From Candidatus Latescibacterota bacterium (lineage in GTDB: Bacteria; Latescibacterota; UBA2968; UBA8231): a stretch of 64,000 bases of DNA. A program made the position numbers and the translations under genes. The notes below the pieces were generated by a model. It saw nothing but the letters and a program-made list of their open reading frames with translations, was not told the DNA's origin and did not search any database. The stretch is taken from the NCBI GenBank assembly GCA_965261395.1, contig OZ253462.1:3136001-3200000 (forward strand), written 5' to 3'. This document shows positions 1 through 9,427 of this stretch, piece by piece; the first letter of the stretch is position 1, and each line of letters begins with the position of its first letter.

Positions 1-1378
1 CCGGCAAGGTCGTATCGACCAAGGTACTCGCCAGCGGCTGCCGTCCTAAAACCAACACCTGTCGTCGCTGCGTGGGCAGGTCGTACACCGCGAGGTGGCT
101 TTCTGCGGCTAGGCCCAGTGCCCGCAGCGACTCTAATGCAGCGCTGGTCAGGCGCGGGATGTACACTTGGTGCTCGATTAGCAAAATCCCGTCTGCGCTC
201 AGGGCGCGGTAGAAGTCGGCGAAGGCCTCGGCGGTGAATAGGTAGTTTTCGGCGAGGGCAAACGCCCCGGACGAGAGCGCGGCGAACGTGTTGGAACTGC
301 GCGAGATAATCAGGTCAAACGCGGCCGGATGCTGTCGGGCATAGACGCGGGCATCTGTGCTGTGGACTTCGACTCCAGTGCTCTCGTACAGGTGGCCGAA
401 GAACGCAGCCTGCGCCCCGTGAGTGAGCATTTCGTTGAGGCCGGCGTTGACTTCGACCGCAGCGACGCGCTGCGCACCGCCCCATTTGGCCTGCATCACT
501 TCGCTGCCCCCACCAGCCCCGACCACCATCACCCGCTCGGCTGCGAGTGCGCGAATCAGCGGTCGCAGGTCGAGCGCAAACTCGGGTGTGGCCGCGGGCA
601 GCCCCTCGCGCCAGTCGCCGCGCACCCGATAGAGCAGCATGTTGGCCGCGCCGTCGATGTCGATGCCGCGCTCGGCCGCGTTGTAGGCATAGACCCGAAT
701 GCGGCCCATGGCGTCCCAGCGCTCGGCGATGACGGGGGCCTTGGTTGGTGCTTTGGGGACGAGTGCGGCCGCGGCTGTAAAGGCCGCGCCGATGAGTGCG
801 ACGAGTAAGGCCAGCGACCCTATGCGCTGATAGCGGCTCGACCCCCATCCGGCTAGGGCACCGGGAATGCAGCACAGTACGGCTGCGGCCGGCACCCCAA
901 AGGCGTTCATCGCGGCGATTGCAGCCATGCCGCCGCCGGCCGCCCCCACAAGGTCGGCGGCGTAGAGTTGGGCGGCGTGTTGGCGGTGGCGGCGCAAGAG
1001 CGCAGCGCAGAAGGCTCCGCCTGCCAGATAGGGTAGCAACAGTAACCCCACGCCTGCGGCCAGCAAGGCGAGGTCGCCCCCAGAGCGCCACAGCGCGACG
1101 AATTCGATGGGCAGGCGCGTTACAGCGGCCGGCCCGAGCGCGGCGGTTCCACTGGCCAAGAGCGCGGCTGTACCAATCCGCGGCGAGGTGGCCCACGTCG
1201 GCCAAAAGCGCAGCGACAGCGCCCCGAGGCCGAGGCCCAGCACGGCGAGGGAAACTACGAGAAAGGCAAAGGAGTAGAAGAATTCAGCGGAGAATATCCG
1301 CGTCCAGACGATCTCTAGCGCCACCAGCATGGCCGCGACCAAGCCGATGGCCACTTGGTCGCGGCGCAAGGGACTCAT
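1..1378 (-). CDS. Membrane-fused spermidine synthase-like SAM-dependent transferase (3' end beyond the window)
   Basis: Translated by hand because it is absent from the ORF track (no stop in window). Starts MSPLRRDQVAIGLVAAMLVALEIVWTRIFS with several TM helices, then SAM motif VMVVGAGGGSEV...AVEVN, DAR, FDLI, ENYLFTAEAF. Confidence 0.8.
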   Translation of the reverse strand, partial: MSPLRRDQVAIGLVAAMLVALEIVWTRIFSAEFFYSFAFLVVSLAVLGLGLGALSLRFWPTWATSPRIGTAALLASGTAALGPAAVTRLPIEFVALWRSGGDLALLAAGVGLLLLPYLAGGAFCAALLRRHRQHAAQLYAADLVGAAGGGMAAIAAMNAFGVPAAAVLCCIPGALAGWGSSRYQRIGSLALLVALIGAAFTAAAALVPKAPTKAPVIAERWDAMGRIRVYAYNAAERGIDIDGAANMLLYRVRGDWREGLPAATPEFALDLRPLIRALAAERVMVVGAGGGSEVMQAKWGGAQRVAAVEVNAGLNEMLTHGAQAAFFGHLYESTGVEVHSTDARVYARQHPAAFDLIISRSSNTFAALSSGAFALAENYLFTAEAFADFYRALSADGILLIEHQVYIPRLTSAALESLRALGLAAESHLAVYDLPTQRRQVLVLGRQPLASTLVDTTLP

Positions 1379-1382
1379 GGCG

Positions 1383-1703
1383 CTAATCGAGGTGAAAGAC
1401 CTCTTCTAGTTCGATTATTGCGTCTTTGGGGCCGCCCTCCGGTATCTCGACCAACCCCTCGTTGGCCTCGCCCCAGCGCTGCGTGGCCTCTTCGGCGAGA
1501 AAGCCGTCGAGGGCCGTGGCAAAATCCGTCTCGGTCTCAAAGTAGCCGAAGACGAGGCCGTCTGCGTTCATAAAGAGCGAGTAGCGATGCCAGCCGTGGA
1601 GAGTGAGGGCCGCGCAGACGTCGGGCCACACTTGGCGATGCGCTTCCTTGTACTCGGCGATCCGATCCTTTTTAACCTGCATCTGGAAACCAACTCGTCG
1701 CAT
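1383..1703 (-). CDS. rhaM: L-rhamnose mutarotase family protein
   Basis: MRRVGFQMQVKKDRIAEYKEAHRQVWPD...YSLF...FGYFE...LEEVFHLD matches the RhaM/YiiL pattern; start trimmed to ATG 1703. Confidence 0.85.
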   Translation of the reverse strand: MRRVGFQMQVKKDRIAEYKEAHRQVWPDVCAALTLHGWHRYSLFMNADGLVFGYFETETDFATALDGFLAEEATQRWGEANEGLVEIPEGGPKDAIIELEEVFHLD

Positions 1704-1707
1704 TTGC

Positions 1708-2250
1708 TCAAACCCCTTTAAAATTGTCCATGTCCGGCACAATGGACTGCCCGCGCTCCAAGTCGAAGTCGATTTCCACGGAGTGCGCTTGGTAATCTTG
1801 GTCGCCGCGGGTGGTCTGATACACGTCGTGGCCCTCGACGCAGATGGGCATGGTGTGCCACACCCCGAGGTGCAAACAGACGCCCACATCGCCCGCCGAG
1901 TAGAAAGCGCGCAGCTCCTCGGCCTGGATGTCGTCTTGGATCACTCCGACGAGAAACACGCTCGGCGAGTGCAAGCTGGGGTAAAACGACTGGCCGGCGT
2001 CGGTGTGAAAGGCAAAATGGGCGCGCTCCAGCCCTTCGGAAATGGGCACGCGCTGGGGGTGGGATGCGTACCAGTTCGGGTCATCTTTGGGCTCGGGGCC
2101 GGGCGTGGCAAGGACCGGGTACGCGTTGGTGGCATAACCGCCTTTGACCTTGTCCGGCTTGCGCTCCTCAAAGGTGCGAATCACGTGGCCGAAGGGTGCG
2201 AAGGTCTCGGGTACGAGTGGTTCAACCGGGATTTTCACGAGATTCCACAT
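1708..2250 (-). CDS. Ureidoglycolate lyase (AllA)-like cupin protein
   Basis: EPLVPETFAPFGHVI N-terminus, H-x-D-x-GQSFYP, LRAF and GVCLHLGVWHTMP motifs. Confidence 0.7.
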   Translation of the reverse strand: MWNLVKIPVEPLVPETFAPFGHVIRTFEERKPDKVKGGYATNAYPVLATPGPEPKDDPNWYASHPQRVPISEGLERAHFAFHTDAGQSFYPSLHSPSVFLVGVIQDDIQAEELRAFYSAGDVGVCLHLGVWHTMPICVEGHDVYQTTRGDQDYQAHSVEIDFDLERGQSIVPDMDNFKGV

Positions 2251-2274
2251 GACAATCTCCTCTCATTGGCATGG

Positions 2275-3519
2275 TTAGTCGATGCCTAAGGCGGCGTCTA
2301 TCTCCGCTTGATAGGCGTACGATTGGCAGGATTCGACCGCGCTGAGCGACACCGGGCCGCCGGCGCGCCACGACTCAAACACCGCGTAGAGCGCGGCCAC
2401 GTCCTTTAGGCCGCAGAGGCCGTCAACTTCTACGGGCCTCTGGTCCCGTACGGCTGCGGCCATTTCGTGCAGCTCATACGCGATCAACTTCAGATCAACG
2501 AGCGGGTCGCCGGTCGTGACGCCGCTCGGAAAGAGGTAGCGAGTCAGCGGGTCGAATGTCAGTCCCGCGCCCTCGGCAGACGCGAGGATTTGCTCTTGGC
2601 TCAGCGCCTCGGCTCCGTGCCGCGCAAGCGTTATGCGCCCTCCGCGCACGCCAAAGCCGTCAATGCTGCCGTTGGTGCCCATGATTAGCTCGCGGTGCGC
2701 GCCCGCGTGGCCGGCGATTCCGACGAGCCAGTTTAGGGTCGCGCCGCTTTCCATCTTGAAGATCGCCTGGGTCATGTCCTCGGCCGCGGCCGGTACGCGC
2801 GCTGGCATGGCCGCGAAGCGCTTTTTGTAGAATGCGTAGTCCATGGACATGGAGGCCGATTTTTGCCGCTCCGGCTCCACCATCCGCGCGTCGGCATAGA
2901 CTTCGGCAAAATCTCCCAATTGGTAGCGGATCATGTGGGTGAAGTGGACGGCCATATCGAGGATAAAGCCGCCCAACTCCCGGCGGTGCCGCCAGGGGGT
3001 GATAAAAATGGAATTGCCCGCGCCGAGCGAATGGTATAACCCCATATAGGGCGTGCCGATGGCACCGGTGTCGATTAGGTGGCGCACGATGCGGGCTGAA
3101 GGGTCGCGGCGAAAATTTTCGGCCACGGAGACAATGCGCTCGTTGCGCGCGGCTGCGTCGAGGATCCGCTGGCAGGCTCGCACCGTGATGGCCAGCGGCT
3201 TTTCTACCAGCACGTGCAATCCCAAGTCGAGGGCCTCGCAGACGACGGTGTGATGCACGGACGGGTCGGTCACCACGTCCACGGCTTCCAGGTCCGGCAC
3301 CTGCTGGACCATCGCCTCCATGTTGGTGCAGACCTTGGGGCGGACTCCAAGGAGCTTCTCGGCTTCGGCCGCGGCCATCTCGGCGTTTTCCGCGCTGATG
3401 TCGCAGACCGCGCTTAGTTCGACCGAGTCGAAGGGGGAGTCGGCTAGCTGCTTGAGGCCGTGCAGATGGCGGGTGCCCATGCCGCCGCAGCCGACGAGGG
3501 CTAGGCGCACCTTGTCCAC
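2275..3519 (-). CDS. Gfo/Idh/MocA family NAD(P)-dependent oxidoreductase
   Basis: LVGCGGMG Rossmann motif, HVLVEKPLA, GGFILDMAVH. Confidence 0.9.
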   Translation of the reverse strand: MDKVRLALVGCGGMGTRHLHGLKQLADSPFDSVELSAVCDISAENAEMAAAEAEKLLGVRPKVCTNMEAMVQQVPDLEAVDVVTDPSVHHTVVCEALDLGLHVLVEKPLAITVRACQRILDAAARNERIVSVAENFRRDPSARIVRHLIDTGAIGTPYMGLYHSLGAGNSIFITPWRHRRELGGFILDMAVHFTHMIRYQLGDFAEVYADARMVEPERQKSASMSMDYAFYKKRFAAMPARVPAAAEDMTQAIFKMESGATLNWLVGIAGHAGAHRELIMGTNGSIDGFGVRGGRITLARHGAEALSQEQILASAEGAGLTFDPLTRYLFPSGVTTGDPLVDLKLIAYELHEMAAAVRDQRPVEVDGLCGLKDVAALYAVFESWRAGGPVSLSAVESCQSYAYQAEIDAALGID

Positions 3520-3522
3520 TAG

Positions 3523-4041
3523 CTACTCCTGCCAGTTGGGGACGCGGCTCATGTCGGGCAGCAGGGCCAAGCCGCGGTCTTGGTCGAAGTGGACATCAAC
3601 CGAGTGGTCGTGATAGTTCTGGTTGCCGCGCGCGGTTAGGTACACCTCTTCACCGCGCAGGCACACGGGCATGGTATGCCACACCTTGAGGTGCATGCAG
3701 ATGCCGGTGCTGCCGTCGGAGTAAAAGGCGCGCAGATCCTCCGGCTCAATCATCGGCTGGACCGGGGCGACGAAAAAGATGGTCGGGCAGTGCCGACTCG
3801 GATAGAAGGACTGCCCGGCGTCGTCGTGAAAGGCAAAGTGCGCCCGCAGCCGGCCCTCGGATAGGTCGAGCTGGTCAGATGTGGGGTCTTTTACTTCGGC
3901 CCGCACGGTGTACTCGCGCTCGACCAGCTCTCCTACCACGACTTCGGGTTTGGCCTCGTCAAAGGTGGAGATGACTTGCCCGAAAGGGGCAAAGGCCGAA
4001 GGGGTCAGCGGCTCCACGGGAACCTTGAGAATGTTTAGCAC
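3523..4041 (-). CDS. Ureidoglycolate lyase-like cupin protein (paralog of 1708..2250)
   Basis: GTG at 4041 preceded by AAGGAG; EPLTPSAFAPFGQVI, RAHFAFHDDAGQSFYPS, HLKVWHTMPVC. Confidence 0.7.
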   Translation of the reverse strand: MLNILKVPVEPLTPSAFAPFGQVISTFDEAKPEVVVGELVEREYTVRAEVKDPTSDQLDLSEGRLRAHFAFHDDAGQSFYPSRHCPTIFFVAPVQPMIEPEDLRAFYSDGSTGICMHLKVWHTMPVCLRGEEVYLTARGNQNYHDHSVDVHFDQDRGLALLPDMSRVPNWQE

Positions 4042-4057
4042 GGCAACGCTCCTTTTG

Positions 4058-5578
4058 TTAGAAGGCCAGCAGCATCGGCCCCATCCGCTCCAGCAAGAGG
4101 GCCCGGTAGCGCTCGGCCTTGGCCACTTGCAGCCGTTCGAGCGGGTTGAAGTCGTCGGTGATGAGTTCACCCTCGGCGGGCATGGGATGTTCGTGTGCTG
4201 CGAGCCAAGCCGCGGCCTCAGTCGCCAGAGAAATCGGCTGCCGCGAAGCCAAGAAGACAAAGTCGTTAAAATCTGCGCCCGGCAGCGAGACGAGGGCCAA
4301 CTGGTGCGGAAATACCTCGCCTAGGGTCCGGTACACGGCCGCAGTCGCGGCGGCTTCTGGCCCCTCGGTAAAGCCGACGAAGTTTAGGGCCAAGAGACCG
4401 TCGTCTTTGAGGAGTCGGTCGAGGTCGTTGAGCATTTCGACGCTCAGCAGGTGGCTGGGCACGGACCCGCCGGTAAAGCAGTCGTGGATGATGAAGTCGT
4501 ATTGCTGGTCGAGGCGGCGGATTTCGTAGCGGGCGTCGCCGACTAGCAGCGCGCCCGATGGCTCGTAGAGAAAGTATTGCTGCGCGGCTTTGGCTACCTC
4601 TGGGTCTAGCTCTAGGGCGTCGGTGGCAATGCCTTGGGCCGCAAATGCCATGGCAATGTAGCCTCCGCCGAGGCCGATCAGCAGCGCGTTTTGCCCCCTT
4701 GGGTGCAAATGGGGCAGGGCGGCAATGATTTTTTGGTAGCTGAGCACCGGCCCACGGGTGTCGAGCCGCAGCGCGCTGATAACCGAAGCGTCCGACAGCA
4801 TCCACCGCACCCTGCGGGCGCGGTCATCGACGACCCGCACCCAGCCGTAGTGACTTTCGGCTTGGTGGACTAGGCGATAATCCCCATGTTCGGTCGGCCC
4901 TGGGCCGGTCTGTAGCCATAGCCCGGCGCCGGTCGCAATCGCCGCGGCCGCGACCGGCCCCAGCGCCGCGTGCCCCCACCGCCGCTCGTACCATGCCACG
5001 ACGAGTGCCAACAGGATTAAGGCCGCGCTGACTCCGTAGAGAATCACCCGCGACCCAAGGGCCGGCAGCAGGAAGAAGCCCAACAGCAAAGTGCCCACCA
5101 CGCTGCCGACTGTGCTGACCGCAAAAACCGAGCCGGCCGCCATGCCCACGCCTGCTCGCCGCCGCGCCGCCAGTTCAATCACCTGCGGCCCCACCATCCC
5201 GAGGCAGGTCAGCGGCAGGGTAAAAAGCAGCAGGGCACTGGTAAAGGCCCCGGCGCGCAGCCCCAGATCGTTGGTCCACAGCAAGACCGGGCGGGAGACA
5301 AACGGAATCGCGGCCGTCGTCAGCCCGGCGAGTGCGATGGCGTAGGAAAGCCGGAATCGCGTCTGCTTGTCAGCGACCAAGCCCCCGAGGTAATAGCCCA
5401 GTGCCAAGGCGATCAAAGCGACGGATATGAGCGAAGACCACACGTAGAGACTGACCCCGTAAAAGGGGCCGATGATGCGCGTACCCAACAGCTCTAGCAT
5501 CATCACTGCCGCGCCAGAGATGGTTACGGTGCCGTAGAGCAGCAAGCGGTTTTGGTGGTTTAACTGTTCTTCACTCAC
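4058..5578 (-). CDS. Fused MFS-like membrane domain / spermidine synthase-like SAM-dependent domain
   Basis: SGAAVMMLELLGTRIIGPFYGVSLYVWSSLI membrane block, then LLIGLGGG, ELDPEV, GDAR, IIHDCF, ITDDFNPLE; GTG start overlaps the upstream stop. Confidence 0.85.
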   Translation of the reverse strand: MSEEQLNHQNRLLLYGTVTISGAAVMMLELLGTRIIGPFYGVSLYVWSSLISVALIALALGYYLGGLVADKQTRFRLSYAIALAGLTTAAIPFVSRPVLLWTNDLGLRAGAFTSALLLFTLPLTCLGMVGPQVIELAARRRAGVGMAAGSVFAVSTVGSVVGTLLLGFFLLPALGSRVILYGVSAALILLALVVAWYERRWGHAALGPVAAAAIATGAGLWLQTGPGPTEHGDYRLVHQAESHYGWVRVVDDRARRVRWMLSDASVISALRLDTRGPVLSYQKIIAALPHLHPRGQNALLIGLGGGYIAMAFAAQGIATDALELDPEVAKAAQQYFLYEPSGALLVGDARYEIRRLDQQYDFIIHDCFTGGSVPSHLLSVEMLNDLDRLLKDDGLLALNFVGFTEGPEAAATAAVYRTLGEVFPHQLALVSLPGADFNDFVFLASRQPISLATEAAAWLAAHEHPMPAEGELITDDFNPLERLQVAKAERYRALLLERMGPMLLAF

Positions 5579-6923
5579 TGTTTTCTTTTTTCTGAGCGGC
5601 CTGTACAAGCTGCTTGTAGATCTTCATCTCAACGGCGACCCGCGCATCCAGCCCTTGGCTTTTGTAAAGACGGGCAAGATTGAAGTGAGTATCGGCGTTG
5701 TCCGGTGCTAGCTTGAGCGCCTTGGCAAAAGCTTGGACGGCCCGTTGCAAATCGCCGTTCATCATATAAGCCGAGCCCAGATTGTTAAAGCCTTGGGCAT
5801 AGCGCGGATTGAGCGCCAGCACGATCTCGTAGTGGTGGATCGCTTCGGCGATGCGCCCCTGCCTCAGTAGAACATTGGCCAAGTTGTTGCGGGCACTGAG
5901 ATCTTGGTCGTTGATGCGCAATGCCGCGGCGTACTCGACGCCCGCCTCGGCGTAGCGACCAAGACCTCCGTAGAGCACCCCTAGGTTGTAGTGCGCGTTG
6001 GTGTCGTCGGGGTAGAGGTTGAGGATATAGCGGAAACGCTCGATATCGGCGCTGACGGGTTGGATGCGTTTGAACATGGCCAAGAGCTTCTCGCCTCGGT
6101 CTTGGTCTCCCCGCCGCAAAAAGAGCATGCCGAGTCGGTGGTAGGCTTCGGCCTCAAAGGGGTCAATGTCAATGGCTTGCCTAAAGAGGCGCTCGGCTTC
6201 GTCTAAGCGACCCTGCTGCATGCGGACTTGGCCAAGCCCAGTGTAGGGCGGGGCGTAGTCTGGATGCAGGTTGATCATGCGCGCGAAGTTAGCCGCAGCC
6301 TCCTCGAATAGTCCCTGCTTGCCTTGGATTTGCCCCAGCCGGAAATAAGCGTCGCCATAGGCTGTGTCTATCTCAGTGGTGCGGGCAAATGCGCGGCTGG
6401 CCTCGTCGTAGCGCGCCTGCCGCTCATAGACCACGCCCAAATTGTAGTGGATGGCCGCGTCGTCGGAGCGTTTGAGGGCTTGCTGGAGGGCCTCTATGGC
6501 TTCGCTGTAGTGCCCGTCGTCGGCGTAGGCTATGGCGAGTTTGCGGTAGAAGTCCCCCCGCTCGGGGGCGGCGTGCAGACCCTCTTGATAGATGATCGCG
6601 GCATCGGCGTTGCGCCGCTGCCGGACGTAGATATCGCCCAAAAGGAGATAGGAATCAGCGTGGTCGGGGGCTAGCTGGACAGCCTGTTCGGCCCGTTGCG
6701 CCGCCTGCATTAGATGACCTTGAACCAGATTGAGGTGAGCCAAGAGCAAGAGGGCTTCAAGGTGCTGGCTATTGGCTGCGAGTACCTGGTTGCACGCAGC
6801 GACGGCATCGGTGTATTTGCCTTCTGTCGCTAGACGCTTGGCTTCTGCTAAGTGGTCACCGTCGCAAGCGCAAAGCAATGCGCAGGCGAGGAAACCCAGT
6901 GCCCTATAGGTGAGCCGCGTCAT
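5571..6923 (-). CDS. Tetratricopeptide-repeat protein, probable lipoprotein
   Basis: Many TPR units (AHYNLGVLY, ARNNLANVL, GFNNLGSAY); LLCAC lipobox-like signal. Confidence 0.9.
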   Translation of the reverse strand: MTRLTYRALGFLACALLCACDGDHLAEAKRLATEGKYTDAVAACNQVLAANSQHLEALLLLAHLNLVQGHLMQAAQRAEQAVQLAPDHADSYLLLGDIYVRQRRNADAAIIYQEGLHAAPERGDFYRKLAIAYADDGHYSEAIEALQQALKRSDDAAIHYNLGVVYERQARYDEASRAFARTTEIDTAYGDAYFRLGQIQGKQGLFEEAAANFARMINLHPDYAPPYTGLGQVRMQQGRLDEAERLFRQAIDIDPFEAEAYHRLGMLFLRRGDQDRGEKLLAMFKRIQPVSADIERFRYILNLYPDDTNAHYNLGVLYGGLGRYAEAGVEYAAALRINDQDLSARNNLANVLLRQGRIAEAIHHYEIVLALNPRYAQGFNNLGSAYMMNGDLQRAVQAFAKALKLAPDNADTHFNLARLYKSQGLDARVAVEMKIYKQLVQAAQKKENSE

Positions 6924-8574
6924 ACATGGTCGCCAAGTGCTCCTCATAGATGGAGACGTGTGCGACATACTTTTCCCGCAGGCGGTTAATCAGTTCGTTA
7001 TAGAGGCGATTTTCCTCTCCCTTGGTCCACCAGTGGCGAACTTGTTTGACCACCTCGTCGTATGGCTTAGGCTTTTCGGGGGTCTTTTCCAGGACCTCAA
7101 ACAGCGAGAAACCACCTTGGCGGTGTGTGGTCGCAGTGATGGCAACCGGACCAGTGAGCACGCTAACCTCTGCGGCTAGGGCCTCTGTCAACAACTCGCC
7201 GAAAACCACCCGCTCGAAGGAGTGGATGTGGAAGTGGCCTTTGTCGCTGCCTTGGCGGATGCTGTGACTTGCAGCCAAGGCAGCCATGTCCTCACCAGCT
7301 CGAATGCGTGCCGTTAGTGCCTCCGCCTCTTCTCGGGTAGCAACTAGAATCTCCTGCACAGTTGCTTCTCGATCCTCCATAAAACGATGCTGGTTGTCCT
7401 CGTAGTAGCGTCGAAGCGCATCTTCGCTCAGATCGATGTGCTCTTCCACGTCGCGGCGGCGCAGCTCTTCGATGAGCATCGCGCGTTTTTTGATCCGCAG
7501 CCAGTCGGATATCGCCGACTCCTGCGCTAAGCCGCGGCGTTCAATTGCCACGGGGAAGAGCACCTCGGGCACCAGATAGAGCCGAACGAACTCATCAATA
7601 CCGCTACTGTCGGTGCCGACTGAGGCGACCCGGCGCACCTGCGGGTAAAGCGCTAGGAAGTCAGCTAGCGTTATTTGACCACCGTCGTATCGGCCCAGAA
7701 TGCCCTCCGCGTCGATACCCTCCACATTGTCTTTGGCGACGATGGCGGCTAACTCGGAGATACTATGGGGATCCAATTCGACCTTGTATTCCCGCATCAA
7801 CTCGGCAATGAGTGCTCGCCGACGTTCGCCGTAGGCGACCATTAATGCCCCTTGGGAGAAGATCAAGTAATAACTGGCCGGCGCAGGACGTTCGTCCAAC
7901 ACCTTATATATGTCGTAGCCGGTTTCGACCTCTAGCGGCGCGCTAAGCTCGCCTTTAGCGAGATCGAAGAGCACCTCCGCCACATCGAGAGAAACCCCTA
8001 ACTCCTCGATATTGTTCCGTCCAAGGTAGGAGTCCAACACCCCTTGGGGACTCCCTTGCTGGCGGAGGGTCAGGAGTTGGCCGGACAGTTCCTCAAACGG
8101 GGTCCCACTCTTTAGGGCAAGCAGGGCTTGGGCGGCCTCGGCGGCGGTACCCGAGCGGATGCGAGCGAGTTTTAGTAACCGGTTCCACTTGCTCTCACCC
8201 CACTGCCGCCTTATCTCCTCTTGCGGCAGGTCGATTTTGTCCTGGATTTCCAGCTTGACGAATTCCTTAAAGAGCTTTTTTCTTCGCTCCTGTTCCCATT
8301 GCTCTACGAAATCTGGGTCGCCATCGATCTGCCTCCTCTGCGCCTCTAACAACATGAGCTCCATATCGACCATCGCTTGGAGATATTCGTCGAATGCAGC
8401 GATGCCTTCTCGCTCGGAGAGCAGGAGGGGGGGCATGTCGCTTTTGAAGCGCTGTAAATCTTCGAAGGTAATAGCGACTTCGCCTACGCGGGCTACGACG
8501 CTTTTGTCGCTTTGGGGGGAACTACAGGCGGCGATAAGGACCAGAGACAAACAACCGATCGCACGCGCCGCCAT
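6904..8574 (-). CDS. PpiC/PrsA/SurA-type peptidyl-prolyl isomerase (foldase) lipoprotein
   Basis: IAAC lipobox, VVARVGEVAIT SurA-N motif, two parvulin-like domains (EILVATREEAEAL...GEDMAALAASHS). Confidence 0.8.
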   Translation of the reverse strand: MAARAIGCLSLVLIAACSSPQSDKSVVARVGEVAITFEDLQRFKSDMPPLLLSEREGIAAFDEYLQAMVDMELMLLEAQRRQIDGDPDFVEQWEQERRKKLFKEFVKLEIQDKIDLPQEEIRRQWGESKWNRLLKLARIRSGTAAEAAQALLALKSGTPFEELSGQLLTLRQQGSPQGVLDSYLGRNNIEELGVSLDVAEVLFDLAKGELSAPLEVETGYDIYKVLDERPAPASYYLIFSQGALMVAYGERRRALIAELMREYKVELDPHSISELAAIVAKDNVEGIDAEGILGRYDGGQITLADFLALYPQVRRVASVGTDSSGIDEFVRLYLVPEVLFPVAIERRGLAQESAISDWLRIKKRAMLIEELRRRDVEEHIDLSEDALRRYYEDNQHRFMEDREATVQEILVATREEAEALTARIRAGEDMAALAASHSIRQGSDKGHFHIHSFERVVFGELLTEALAAEVSVLTGPVAITATTHRQGGFSLFEVLEKTPEKPKPYDEVVKQVRHWWTKGEENRLYNELINRLREKYVAHVSIYEEHLATMYDAAHL

Positions 8575-8575
8575 T

Positions 8576-9331
8576 TTAGCTCTTGTCTTGGCGTGCGGTC
8601 CGGGCATAGTACACTTCACGCTGAAAATCATAGGGGATATCTACAGTCTCCATAGGCGCGTCGCGGAAGTCGAACCTCAGCACCATATCGCGGACCCACA
8701 GCGTGAATTCCTCGACGTCGCGGTCGAGCGGGGGAAAGACCAAATACCCCTCTTGCTCTTGACCGCTGAAGATCATGTCGTCGACAAACAGGGTGCGCTG
8801 CAAGAGATCGCGCCGCTCCTTGAACCCCTTGCGCGCATTGCCACCGTAGGCTTGGGCGTAGGGCCAATAGTACTCGGTCAGGGCGAGGAGGCTGAGCGCT
8901 TGGTAGCGACGTCCGTTGGGAGCGATCAATTCGATGTTGGCTGGATTTAGGCGGACCTTGGGATAGGCGTAGTTTTTAACCTTGACCAAAAATACGGTAA
9001 ACCGCGTCGGGGCTTGCTCTTCGCCGGGTGGGGTCCAATCGCCGTAGGTGTAGGGATTGGTAGCCACGGCGTAGGGGTTGGGCAGGGTAAAGCCTTCAGG
9101 GGCCTCAGAGACGCCAGCGAATTGCCGATTCAGGGCCTCGGGAGACATGGGCAACATCGCTACCTCTAGACGATCTTTGACAAAAGTGATGCTGCGGTCG
9201 TCGCCGACCAAGTAGTTGTCGGCAGCGATCTCCGCGGGCATCACCGGTCCGGTAAAATGCCGATACCCGAACTTCAAGCCGCATCCGGCGAGCGCGATTA
9301 GCAATAGGAGCAAGCTACCCAATGTCTTCAT
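8576..9331 (-). CDS. Hypothetical lipoprotein (paralog of 37076..37840)
   Basis: LAGC lipobox; shares NPYTYGDW, VKNYAYPKV, FSGQEQEGY and ETVDIPY motifs with the paralog. Confidence 0.75.
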   Translation of the reverse strand: MKTLGSLLLLLIALAGCGLKFGYRHFTGPVMPAEIAADNYLVGDDRSITFVKDRLEVAMLPMSPEALNRQFAGVSEAPEGFTLPNPYAVATNPYTYGDWTPPGEEQAPTRFTVFLVKVKNYAYPKVRLNPANIELIAPNGRRYQALSLLALTEYYWPYAQAYGGNARKGFKERRDLLQRTLFVDDMIFSGQEQEGYLVFPPLDRDVEEFTLWVRDMVLRFDFRDAPMETVDIPYDFQREVYYARTARQDKS

Positions 9332-9369
9332 GGCTACCCTCGCTTCTTTGAAAGCTACTAATACAAGAT

Positions 9370-9393
9370 GAGGAGGGGCGGTTGCCCCTCCTC
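9370..9393 (-). terminator. Stem-loop (terminator or mRNA-stabilising hairpin) after 9428..10354
   Basis: GAGGAGGGGC-GGTT-GCCCCTCCTC perfect 10-bp stem; weak T tract. Confidence 0.6.
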
Positions 9394-9427
9394 TCTTTGC
9401 TAGACGACTGATGCAATGCAGCCTTGC

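Noticed and set aside
315-1205. 296-aa Arg-rich minus-strand ORF
   Set aside because: Wrong frame of the real gene 1..1378, which carries the SAM motifs.
1708-5578. Gene symbols allA and speE
   Set aside because: Only family-level similarity; pathway context and canonical motifs are missing.
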